DNA of 64,000 nt from Promethearchaeota archaeon (GTDB lineage Archaea; Asgardarchaeota; Lokiarchaeia; Sigyniarchaeales; SOKP01). This document shows, in pieces, positions 20,832 to 30,651 of the stretch; within the stretch, counting starts at the first letter, position 1, and each line of letters starts with the position of its first letter. The DNA lies in assembly GCA_048939995.1 (NCBI GenBank), contig JBHLOY010000010.1:1-64000 (forward strand), written 5' to 3'. Position numbers and translations under genes: made by a program. A model generated the notes under the pieces. That model was not told the DNA's origin and did not search any database. It saw only the letters and a program-made list of their open reading frames with translations.

Positions 20832-21071
20832 GTGACCCATTTCGATTGGCCAATCAGTTTTAAAAAGAAAAAAAAAGAAAATGAAAAGATCACAGAGAAG
20901 AGAGAAGCAAAAAAAAATAGTCTTGGCATAAGTATAAATGAGTTTAAAGAGTTCATTAAAAAATGGAAAGAAGAGAATCTCTTGGAGGAATCGGAAAGTG
21001 AAAGACAACAGAGAAAAGAGAACCGAAGAAAGAGAAGAGACAAAAATAGTCAGGTGAATTCTGGATTATAA
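20832..21071 (+). CDS. Short charged hypothetical protein, possibly a gene remnant
   Basis: K/E/R-rich ORF with no recognisable motif. Confidence 0.25.
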   Translation: MTHFDWPISFKKKKKENEKITEKREAKKNSLGISINEFKEFIKKWKEENLLEESESERQQRKENRRKRRDKNSQVNSGL

Positions 21072-21080
21072 TCTAGCTTC

Positions 21081-22799
21081 CTATTCTTCCTCTCTATCAT
21101 TTTCTATAGAACCTATAGACTTTGCCTCAATTAAGCATTCCCTACATATTGGTTCATCTCCAAATTCTCCAGCTAAATCCTCTATTGGAACTACTTCGTT
21201 GCAAATTCCACAACAGAAGGTGCACTCTTCATAGCACTTTTCGCAGTAACTATTGCAATGAACATCTTGATAAAGTTGGTCAATCAGTCCGTTACATTTG
21301 CAGCATATATAATCCGCTCCATCTTCTACTTTTCTCCTATCTTGAGCTAGGTTGGAAAGTTGTTTTGATGGGTCATACTCTTGAAGATCAGTAGATTTAT
21401 TTCTGACTAAATCAATTCTTTTAATCAAATCAAGTAAGATTGATAATGTCTCTTGTTTCTCATCACTATCTGGCATGTGTTTCCCCCAAGTTAAAACTTT
21501 CGAAAATGTTTCTTCGATTTGATAATAAAAGTCCTCTAATAACTCATTTTTTTCAATAACAACAAATAAATCAGAAAATGCAACACATTTATCCCAACTA
21601 TCTTTCCAATTCTCAATTATTGACATTAGATCAGTAAAATTTTCTCTTAATTTAGCTTCATTAATCGCGCTGAGCAATATACTAAACATTTCATACTTTT
21701 CCCAACCTTCTTTACAATTCTCAATTACAAACACAAAATCTGTGAAATTATCTTTCATCAAATCAGTTTGTTTAATCATAGCAAGCAATTCAGAAAATAT
21801 CGAAAGCTTCTCCTCTTCATTTGCCCATCTTTTAACCCCATTCAAAAGTTCTGAATATATAGGTTTAATATGAATATAAAATTCGTTTATTAGTTCGGCT
21901 TCTTTAATCGAACCAATTAAGATTCCAAATATATGATACTTCTGCCTGTCATCTGGCCAATTTTTGATTATAGTCAATAGATCAGTAAATTTCACTCTTA
22001 TCAAGTCAGTTTCTTTAATCAATCCAAGCAAATGTAAAAAAACATCACGTTTTCCGTCAAGATCTTTCCAATTCTCAACCATATTCATAAGATCATTAAA
22101 TTTTTCTCTCATTAAGTGGGACTCTTTAATTGAGTCAGCTAGAGCAGAAAACGCAGGAAATAGACCATTATTTGCGACAATATCATTTGATGGCTCTACT
22201 ACCTCAGTTAAAAGTTTTGAGAATACTTTTTTAATTCGATTATAGAATTCTGCAATCAAGAGGGATTTTTTATTTGCAATCAGCAAGTTAGAAAATGCAA
22301 TGTATTTGGAAAAAACATTTGGCATATTCTCCACGATATCTAAAAGATCCGTAAACCTCTCCTTCATCAAACTAGTTCCTTTAATCGCAAAAACCAATTC
22401 GGAAAATGCTACACGTTTTTTCCAATCAAGCTTCCAGTTCTTAATTAGAGTTAAAAGGTCAACAAACTTTTCTTTTATTAAGTTAGTTTCACTAATTGAA
22501 CTAATTAAAGCAGAAAAAGCTTTACGCAATGCATAAGGGGCAACAAGCGAATCTTCATCATCTGGCCAGCTTTCAAAAACAGTTAATAGATCAAAAAATT
22601 TCTCATTTACCAAAGGAGTTCCTTTAATTGCCGTAAGCAAATCAGAAAATAATTTACTCTCCTCCAACCCTTCCTTTAACTCTTTAATTATTGCTATTAA
22701 ATCATTAAATTTCTCTTTTATCAAGTCGGTTCCAGTAGTTGTAGCAAGTAGGTCAGAAAATGCCTTACACTTATCTATATTATTTTGCATGTTATTCAC
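21081..22799 (-). CDS. Alpha-solenoid (HEAT-like) repeat protein with C-terminal double zinc finger
   Basis: About 12 repeats FSxLLxxIKxTxLxxEKFxDLL; four CxxC pairs at C-terminus; AAGGAG RBS. Confidence 0.8.
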   Translation of the reverse strand: MNNMQNNIDKCKAFSDLLATTTGTDLIKEKFNDLIAIIKELKEGLEESKLFSDLLTAIKGTPLVNEKFFDLLTVFESWPDDEDSLVAPYALRKAFSALISSISETNLIKEKFVDLLTLIKNWKLDWKKRVAFSELVFAIKGTSLMKERFTDLLDIVENMPNVFSKYIAFSNLLIANKKSLLIAEFYNRIKKVFSKLLTEVVEPSNDIVANNGLFPAFSALADSIKESHLMREKFNDLMNMVENWKDLDGKRDVFLHLLGLIKETDLIRVKFTDLLTIIKNWPDDRQKYHIFGILIGSIKEAELINEFYIHIKPIYSELLNGVKRWANEEEKLSIFSELLAMIKQTDLMKDNFTDFVFVIENCKEGWEKYEMFSILLSAINEAKLRENFTDLMSIIENWKDSWDKCVAFSDLFVVIEKNELLEDFYYQIEETFSKVLTWGKHMPDSDEKQETLSILLDLIKRIDLVRNKSTDLQEYDPSKQLSNLAQDRRKVEDGADYICCKCNGLIDQLYQDVHCNSYCEKCYEECTFCCGICNEVVPIEDLAGEFGDEPICRECLIEAKSIGSIENDREEE

Positions 22800-23285
22800 G
22801 GCACTCTCCTTATGATTTAGTCTTATTATATATTGAAAGCAAAAAACCTTATAATAATTTATGTCTGATTTTTTAATTCAGTGTAAATTTATATTTACCA
22901 TCAGTTAGACTGACAAAGTTATACAACAAATTATCATGTTGATTGTAGACAATTCTATAATTATAGATTATATATTTATCTATAATTATAGAAATTATGA
23001 TAATATCCATCGAATCGCAAATTTTGTGCGTCTAAGGTTTTTTCTATAGTCCAGAATACAAAATAACCTCTCAGCAATAAATCCCGAAATACATAATATT
23101 TATCTTTACCTGTATTAAAAAATTCTTCGCTATAAGTATTAAGTAATCTTATAAATGGCGTAAGTAGTTGAGCCAATTCCTCATTATTAAGATATTTTAA
23201 ATATCCTGAATGGGAAATTTATAAAAGAATATCTCTAAAAGAATAACTCGCATAACAGCGAAATATTAGAGATTAGAACTTCATT

Positions 23286-23462
23286 ATGTTAACTATAAAT
23301 AAGAACTCATCCTATCTTTATATTCTATTTGGCTCCACTTGGCTTTTCATGGGAATGTCAATAAAACAGCTCGCAGATGAAGTTATGAAATTGCCTTTAA
23401 AGGAAGAAGTAAAAGAAAAATGGCTTTATCATAATGCTACTCAACTTTTTTGTATAAAATAA
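23286..23462 (+). pseudogene. C-terminal remnant of an amidohydrolase-2 family gene
   Basis: ILFGSTW...LPLKEEVKEKWLYHNATQLF is the family C-terminal signature; no N-terminal part. Confidence 0.65.
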
Positions 23463-23485
23463 TCATAATTTTTCAAATTATACTA

Positions 23486-24034
23486 TCATGTTTTCTCTGC
23501 TTTCGTCTTAGCTTCCTCTTTAGTTCTCTCAACTCTCTTCTTAGCTTCCTCAGCCGCCTTCTTAGCTTTCTCAGCCTCCTTCTTAGTTTTCTCTGCTTTC
23601 CCCTTAGCTTTTTCAGCTGCGTTCTCAGCTTTCTTCTCAGCTTTCTTAGCTGCCTTCTCAGCTTTCTCAGCTACTTTCTTAGCTATCTTTTCAGCTTTCT
23701 CAGTTTCCTTCTCAGTATTCTTATCTTTCGTAACTACCTTCTCAGCTACCTTCTCAGCTTTTATCTCAGCTTTCTCAGCAGCCATCCTAGCTTTCTCAGC
23801 TACGTTCTCAGCTCTCTCAATAACCATCCTATTTTCCTCAGCTTTCTCAAATTCTATCTGATATTCTTTTTCGTCCCTTTTTGTTTCCATCTCATATCTC
23901 GTATAATCCTCATTTGTTGCCTTCCTTATAGCCTTTGCCCCGCATTTTTCGCAATATTTCCTTTTTGTATGTGCAAATTCTCCACATTCATTACAGACAA
24001 GTTTAAATGTCTTTTTAAAATCTTTTATGTCCAA
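23486..24034 (-). CDS. Zinc-ribbon plus A/E/K-rich helical protein
   Basis: CNECG...CEKCG followed by many KAE repeats. Confidence 0.75.
   Translation of the reverse strand: MDIKDFKKTFKLVCNECGEFAHTKRKYCEKCGAKAIRKATNEDYTRYEMETKRDEKEYQIEFEKAEENRMVIERAENVAEKARMAAEKAEIKAEKVAEKVVTKDKNTEKETEKAEKIAKKVAEKAEKAAKKAEKKAENAAEKAKGKAEKTKKEAEKAKKAAEEAKKRVERTKEEAKTKAEKT
23505..23850 (-). repeat. Degenerate 9-bp coding repeat (GCTGAGAAA = Ala-Glu-Lys)
   Basis: Numerous tttctcagc / ttcttagc copies on + strand. Confidence 0.7.
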
Positions 24035-24581
24035 AATTCTTCACATCTATAAGAATTATTTTTTTATTAGATGACAGTGACTATTATTTCACATTATTTA
24101 AAAGCTATTAACATTTATATATTTACTCAGTATGGTATAGATACCTGAAAACAAGCCTCAAAGGACGGTGTCTTTTTAGAGCAGACAAATCCTTGCATCT
24201 GCTTTGTTCTCGCATCAGTGACATCATAATTTATTGATCAAAATCTTAAACAAGTAAAAACAAAAAAAAAAAACCTTATTTAACCCAGAAATCTTTTGCT
24301 AATCCCCTTCTAGTTTGCCATAATTCATCCTTTCGATTAAAAACGATAACACCCCCCCCTTGATCAGCATCTTCTATTTTCCAAAATCCACTAACAGCTC
24401 CAGTTAAGCCAGCTGATAGAACTTCAAAGCCTTGCGAAGTATACAAATCGCATTCTACCCCTCGATTAATTATAAATTTTCAATTTTGAAAAAGTAAATA
24501 TATATAATAAAAAAATTAGATTTATTTTTTAAGATAGATATGTGAAAAAACGAATAATTTTCTTTTTAGAATTGAGATTCT

Positions 24582-25505
24582 ATGTCAATTGACCGTGAAA
24601 AAATTGAAATTCTATTGAATGAATACTTGAAGGCAGTTGGGGAAGGTCTTATTGCTGCAGTTATAGTTGATAAAGAAGGTCTTGTATTGGCTTCAGAATC
24701 TAGAGGAATAAATATTAATGAGGAAATTGTAGGGGGCGTGTCATCTTTAATCGAACCTGTATTGAAAAGATTAACAAAAGAGTTTAGTTCATTGGATTTC
24801 GGAACAGGAACCTTTGATACCGAAAAATTTCGATTAATATTTTCTCAAGTTGGGGAAATAGCTATTTTAGTTTCCATATTGGGGCCTCGCATAATGATAG
24901 ATCCTGTTTTACCTTATGCTTATTTAACTTCTGAAAAAATAGCAAGAATATTTGGTGCGCGTGAAGTCAGCCCAGTAATACCAAATCTTTATAAAGAACG
25001 GAGGCCGAAAAGTTTCGAACAAAGTGAAGAAATTTCTATAGAATTACCAGATAAGAATATAAAACTACAAGATAGTTTAGAACAGATGGAGGTGGAAAAA
25101 CTAAATAATATTGAACCCCAAGAAATTAAAAATATATCTACATCATCATCTAAAGTTGAAATGAAAATCAAAGAAGAAAAAGCGTTAATAAAAAGAATAA
25201 ATGACGATTCCTCTATGATTAAATCCAAAACACCACCCATCGAGCCTGTAGAGAAAGGAAAAAAGACTAATGTTTTCTTTATATCTACAATTGGACCTGG
25301 TGAGAAGAAACAAAATTTACTTATTGATAATAATAACATCGTTAGTGACATTAAAGAAACTATTGGAAAATTATTTGGACTAGAACCTGCAAATTTTCAT
25401 TTATCTTCAGGTGGTATTACATTGGATGAAAGCTTCCCCTTAAAGGATTATAATATTAATGATGGAGATGAAATTCTTTTAATCCCCTCAAGCACAGCGG
25501 GCTAA
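24582..25505 (+). CDS. Roadblock/LC7 domain fused to C-terminal ubiquitin-like domain
   Basis: AAVIVDKEGLVLAS roadblock motif; VSDIKETI...GGITLDESFPLKDYNINDGDEILLIPSSTAG beta-grasp. Confidence 0.8.
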   Translation: MSIDREKIEILLNEYLKAVGEGLIAAVIVDKEGLVLASESRGININEEIVGGVSSLIEPVLKRLTKEFSSLDFGTGTFDTEKFRLIFSQVGEIAILVSILGPRIMIDPVLPYAYLTSEKIARIFGAREVSPVIPNLYKERRPKSFEQSEEISIELPDKNIKLQDSLEQMEVEKLNNIEPQEIKNISTSSSKVEMKIKEEKALIKRINDDSSMIKSKTPPIEPVEKGKKTNVFFISTIGPGEKKQNLLIDNNNIVSDIKETIGKLFGLEPANFHLSSGGITLDESFPLKDYNINDGDEILLIPSSTAG

Positions 25506-25771
25506 ATATAATAAGATTAAAATCGAAATATTCTTCATTATAAATTGAAGACGGAAGCCAAATATTTTCGGTTGTAAAGCTACATTCTTTAACTCAAAAA
25601 TAGCATTCTTTAAGTAAAAGTTTTCCAAAAAAGGGATATCCCCCTCAAGATTTATTTGAGAAAAATATTGAAGATTTATAAGGATCAAAGGCTAGAGTTA
25701 AAATTTTATAAGTTTTGACTTTTAATAGAGAAATGTCACCTTAAAAAGTTGAATAATAATGGTATTTAAAA

Positions 25772-26074
25772 TTAAGTGATTTGAGCAGTATTATTTAAAC
25801 GACCTAAATATGTATCATGAAATAATTCATAAAATTTGAAGTAATTAACGACTCTAAAAATTTTTGGTAATTTTGTATTAATCTGTTTTAATACTCCAAT
25901 CTCTTCTAAAGATTGTAAACTTCTCCAATAAAAATTTATTTTAGAATAATTGAATGAATCAATTTTATATAAATCCCTAATCCTTTTAACAGTTATTTCT
26001 GCGTTATAATTAAATCTTGTAAGGGAAGCTATAGCGACTACGGTTTCTTCAAAATATTTTCTATAAAAATTCAT
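25772..26074 (-). CDS. Small winged-helix-like hypothetical protein
   Basis: ITVKRIR...WRSLQSLEEIGVLK...PKIFRV. Confidence 0.55.
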   Translation of the reverse strand: MNFYRKYFEETVVAIASLTRFNYNAEITVKRIRDLYKIDSFNYSKINFYWRSLQSLEEIGVLKQINTKLPKIFRVVNYFKFYELFHDTYLGRLNNTAQIT

Positions 26075-26223
26075 AGGGATATTTAATATTATATGTTTTT
26101 TTTTAAAACTCTTTGTACCAACTCTAAAATTTGATTTTATATTGATTTAAATATAAGTTACACTATTTGACTTATTAGTATATTACCCTAATTATAATTT
26201 TAAGGGTTTATGAGGTATTTAAT

Positions 26224-29200
26224 TTGATTAAAAAAGCAGATAAATTTAGGACAATATTAATTCTTCTTTGTTTTTCCATGCTTATGCTTTTTCCAATGAT
26301 AATTAACAATACTAACTTTAATAAAGTTTATATGGAAGAGGGCAATTCAATAATTCATAAAAGAGAACTAGTTCGTTCTTCAGCAACGACTGTAGACTTT
26401 AAGTATTATAAAACAATTACTATCGATCATAATCAAGTTTCGGGTGGCAGTAATCTAATCAATTTTACACTCTTAATTTCCATAATCGATTCAGATTTGT
26501 ATCTCAATGCTCAACCCGACGGGGATGATATTGCATTTTTTAAGGATTCTATTCAACTAGCCCATGAAATAGAGTTATTTGACCCTAACTATGGTGGTAA
26601 CCAAGCACGTTTAGTTGCCTGGGTACTTCTGCCTTCTTTATCTCCATCTACAGATACCATCATTTATATGTACTATGGGAATCCAACGATGAGTGCACAA
26701 GAGAACCCAACAGCAGTATGGGGATCCAATTATAAAGGAGTATGGCATTTAAATACAACTTTATTAGATTCAACTGCTAATAATAACGATGGAACAAATT
26801 CAGTACCTGGACCTGATGATGTTTCCGCCTTCATTGCTAGGGGTAGAGATTATTTGAATGTAGACCATTCAAATATGGGATCAGGAAGTAGTATTGATAA
26901 TATATTTAACGGGGGAGCCACCATATCTGCTTGGATTTATCCAGAAGGATGGGGTGGAAATGATTATGGTCGAGTCTTAGATAAATCTACTACTACATCA
27001 GGTACAAATGGATGGGTTATATGTCTTGATGGATACGATACAGTATGGTATAATCAATTACTATTTTATCGCGATTTTAGTACCAATAGAGGCCTTTGGA
27101 TGAGTGGGACAAATACAATTACTCTTAATCAATGGAATCATATTGTTATTACCTATGATGATACTTCAGTATCAAACGATCCGAAGTTCTACATTAATGG
27201 ATTGGATGAAAGTGGACAACCAGGTTGGGAGGATGATACTCCCGTGGGTACAGCTACTAATGATGCAGCGCAATCAATCTATATTGGAAATTTTATGGGA
27301 GGAGGACGGGGTTTTAATGGTGTAATTGATGAAGTTCGCGTATTGTCAGGAATAAAATCTTTAGCTTGGGTTCAAACAGAATACAATAATCAATATGATC
27401 CTGACTCATTTTATACTGTAGGGTCCCCTATTGTCATTGATAACACTCCACCTGATATTACGATAATTTCACCCACTAGTAATTCTCTCTATGGTAGTTT
27501 AGCACCAAGTTTTAATGTCGAAATTAATGATAGTAGCAATATAGATACAAGATGGTATCGTTTACTTAATGGAACAGTAACTACTACAAATACTACTTTT
27601 ACGACAAATGGAACTATTAATCAAGCACGATGGGAAGAATTAGGAAATGGAACAGTAACAATTCAATTCTTTGCTAACGATTCTTTAGGAAATATAGGTT
27701 TTTCAGAAATAGTGGTAAGAAAGGATAATCAATCACCAATGATTTTAATTAATTCTCCGAATAGTTTTGATTTATTTGGTACTACTTCTCCCACTTTTAA
27801 TGTGGAAATTTGGGACATTAATATTGTAGATACTATGTGGTATACCCTAAATAACGGTAAGGAAACAATTTTCACTGCAAATGGCACAATATCACCTTCG
27901 ATTTGGAACACTTGTGGAAATGGCACGGTATCAATAAAATTTTATGCAAATGATTCTTTGAGTAATCAGGGTTATTCTGAAGTCATAGTACGAAAAGAAG
28001 TAGAATCTCCGACGATCCAAATTAATTCTCCAAATGCATATGACCTTTTTGGCAATTTAGCTCCCACTTTTAACGTAGAGATTTCGGATGATAACGGTGT
28101 ATCCTTCATGTGGTATACGTTGAATAACGGTATCGAAGAATATTTTACGGTAAATGGTAGTATCTCCCAATCACTTTGGAGTTCCTGCGGAAATGGCACA
28201 GTCTCAATAAAATTTTATGCTAACAATTCCTTAGGAAATGGAGGTTTTTCAGAAGTCATAGTACGGAAAGATATAATAAATCCAATGATAACCATTAATT
28301 CACCAGATCCTAGTGACTTATATGGAAAAGTTGCCCCTTCTTATAATGTTTTCATCAATGATCCTAATGGGATTGAATCTAAATGGTATACTATCAATGG
28401 GGGAATCACTAATACAACGTTTACAGCAAACACTGGAATAATCAGTCAGACGCGATGGGATGAAATGGGTAATGGTACAATCCTAATTCGCTTCTATGCT
28501 AATGATTCTCTAGGGAATATAGGTTTTTCAGGGGTATTAGTTTATAAAGATATCATTGCTCCCACAGTTGTAATTAATACTCCGAATCCTTACGATCTAT
28601 TTGGAGCAATAGCCCCCAATTTTAATATTGATACAATTGATAGCAGTAGCATAAGTCTTCGATGGTATACACTAGATGACGGAATTACAAATATAACTTG
28701 CGGAACAACGGGACAAATTAATCAAGTTTTGTGGAATTTTCAAGGAAATGGTACAGTTTCAATTAAATTTTATGCAACTGATGTCTTGGGTAATGAAGGC
28801 TTCTCAGAAGTAACTGTACGTAAAGATATCGATCCACCTTCAATAATAATTAATAATCCCACATTAAATCAATCTTTCGACACCACTGCCCCAACTTTTA
28901 ATGTAGAAATCTTAGATATTAATGGCATTGATACCATGTGGTATACTCTTGATAACGGAATAACTAATACAACTTTTACTACGAATAGTTCTATTGATCA
29001 AATCCTTTGGGATAGTTTTGGAGATGGTATCATAACTATTAGATTTTGTGCTAACAATAGTATTGGTACAACTGGATTTTCAGAGGTGTCTGTTATGAAA
29101 GATATCGAAGCTCCGTTAATTGTTATCAATGCACCCTATAACAATACTTACTGGAATCATGCCCCGATAATTAACGTATTTGCATCAGATTTTAATTTTG

Positions 29201-30633
29201 ATGAATTGTGGTTATCCATTAATTCTTATGATGTATTCTTGACTAATAATGTCAATTATCAACTCGATGTCTCTATATGGAACAGCTTGCCACAAGGAAC
29301 CTTTCAAATACGTCTTTATGCAAACGATTCGATTGGACATCTTAATGATTCAGTTCTACTTATGTTATATAAAGATACAATCGCTCCTGATCCTCCAATC
29401 TTAAATACTTTTCCTCAGGGTGAAGTCAATATACCCCTAATTTTTGACTGGGAAGATGATTCTGATCCTTCTGGAATTTCTCATTATCGATTGATAATCG
29501 ATACAGAACAAGATCCTTTTACTACACCGGGATTTGCCTTCGAGGTTAATATCACGTATACTGGTATAGATAGTAGTTATTATGAACTAAGTGAGTATTT
29601 GGCTTCTGGTACGTATTACTTTTTCGTATATCAAATCGACGGGGCAGGTAATCAGGGAGATTATGCAAGTGATACTTTTATCATAAAGCAACAAGTTGTA
29701 GCACCACCAGAGTTCCCATGGTGGATTATCCTTCTCTTAATTGTTCCATTTGGGGTTACAATAGCAGTAATTTCAGTAAGAAAGTCAAAAAAGAAGGTCA
29801 AAGTTGTTGTTGTAGATAAACAACTCGAAGCTCTCAGAGAGCAAAAAAGGCAATTGGAATTGACAGCAAAGGCAGCTATGAAATCAAGAAATTATAAGCA
29901 AGCAGCTCAATATTATGAACAATGTAGAGTTATTTCGAACCAATTATTTGAAGAAGGCTATGAAGAAGAAAAAGATAAGTACAGAAGTTATGAAAAGATC
30001 GAAAATCAATTAAAAAAGAAAATCGCAGCGATTCCGCTGGCATACAAATGTATAAATGCCCTATTAACTAGCCATTTCAGAGAGAGAGGAGTGAAATATT
30101 ATTCGGATCCTGATATCTATCCAGAAACCCAAAAGGCTATCAATGGGTTAATATTAAATGATTCCAAATTTTTCCAAGAACGTTTAACAAACGCGGTTAA
30201 TGGTCCTGAATTAATTAATGAACTTAAAATTAATTCTGATATGATAGATTCCATTAATGCTATTCAATTTTTCTTTACTAATGATTTATCTGAAGATGAA
30301 CTTATTAAGGTGTGCAAAGCATTCCAAAATCCTCAAATGTTTCTTCTTATTGTAGGATTTCCATGGCCAATTCTCGAATATGATGAAATAATGTCAATTC
30401 CTATGGATAACAGTATTCAATATAAGGATAATATAAGAATTATTAATATTCACTTGCTTGCTCGACTGATCGGTATGGAAGGTCAAATCAAAGATGCTCT
30501 TATGGAAATTATCGATCTTGATTTCAATTTTGAAGAATTACAGAAGATTAATACAGAAGTTAAAATAGAATTACACAATACTGAGGAATTGAAACAAGAT
30601 CTTAAACAAAAAGAATGGTTTTTCTTAATTTAA
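26224..30633 (+). CDS. Large single-pass surface protein: DUF2341 + LamG + about 8 Ig-like repeats + TM + cytoplasmic domain
   Basis: DGDDIAF...IYMYYGNP (DUF2341); WNHIVITYD...FNGVIDEVR (LamG); repeats KDxxxPxIxINSP...FYANDSLGN; TM WWIILLLIVPFGVTIAVISV. Confidence 0.88.
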   Translation: MIKKADKFRTILILLCFSMLMLFPMIINNTNFNKVYMEEGNSIIHKRELVRSSATTVDFKYYKTITIDHNQVSGGSNLINFTLLISIIDSDLYLNAQPDGDDIAFFKDSIQLAHEIELFDPNYGGNQARLVAWVLLPSLSPSTDTIIYMYYGNPTMSAQENPTAVWGSNYKGVWHLNTTLLDSTANNNDGTNSVPGPDDVSAFIARGRDYLNVDHSNMGSGSSIDNIFNGGATISAWIYPEGWGGNDYGRVLDKSTTTSGTNGWVICLDGYDTVWYNQLLFYRDFSTNRGLWMSGTNTITLNQWNHIVITYDDTSVSNDPKFYINGLDESGQPGWEDDTPVGTATNDAAQSIYIGNFMGGGRGFNGVIDEVRVLSGIKSLAWVQTEYNNQYDPDSFYTVGSPIVIDNTPPDITIISPTSNSLYGSLAPSFNVEINDSSNIDTRWYRLLNGTVTTTNTTFTTNGTINQARWEELGNGTVTIQFFANDSLGNIGFSEIVVRKDNQSPMILINSPNSFDLFGTTSPTFNVEIWDINIVDTMWYTLNNGKETIFTANGTISPSIWNTCGNGTVSIKFYANDSLSNQGYSEVIVRKEVESPTIQINSPNAYDLFGNLAPTFNVEISDDNGVSFMWYTLNNGIEEYFTVNGSISQSLWSSCGNGTVSIKFYANNSLGNGGFSEVIVRKDIINPMITINSPDPSDLYGKVAPSYNVFINDPNGIESKWYTINGGITNTTFTANTGIISQTRWDEMGNGTILIRFYANDSLGNIGFSGVLVYKDIIAPTVVINTPNPYDLFGAIAPNFNIDTIDSSSISLRWYTLDDGITNITCGTTGQINQVLWNFQGNGTVSIKFYATDVLGNEGFSEVTVRKDIDPPSIIINNPTLNQSFDTTAPTFNVEILDINGIDTMWYTLDNGITNTTFTTNSSIDQILWDSFGDGIITIRFCANNSIGTTGFSEVSVMKDIEAPLIVINAPYNNTYWNHAPIINVFASDFNFDELWLSINSYDVFLTNNVNYQLDVSIWNSLPQGTFQIRLYANDSIGHLNDSVLLMLYKDTIAPDPPILNTFPQGEVNIPLIFDWEDDSDPSGISHYRLIIDTEQDPFTTPGFAFEVNITYTGIDSSYYELSEYLASGTYYFFVYQIDGAGNQGDYASDTFIIKQQVVAPPEFPWWIILLLIVPFGVTIAVISVRKSKKKVKVVVVDKQLEALREQKRQLELTAKAAMKSRNYKQAAQYYEQCRVISNQLFEEGYEEEKDKYRSYEKIENQLKKKIAAIPLAYKCINALLTSHFRERGVKYYSDPDIYPETQKAINGLILNDSKFFQERLTNAVNGPELINELKINSDMIDSINAIQFFFTNDLSEDELIKVCKAFQNPQMFLLIVGFPWPILEYDEIMSIPMDNSIQYKDNIRIINIHLLARLIGMEGQIKDALMEIIDLDFNFEELQKINTEVKIELHNTEELKQDLKQKEWFFLI

Positions 30634-30651
30634 ATTATTTTTTTCTCTTTT

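Noticed and set aside
22976-23176. 66-aa ORF
   Set aside because: No recognisable motif; lies in a region of gene debris
23505-23850. CRISPR-like array
   Set aside because: Short in-frame coding repeats without unique spacers; no cas genes
23450-24052. 200-aa hydrophobic ORF on + strand
   Set aside because: Antisense shadow of the KAE-repeat gene
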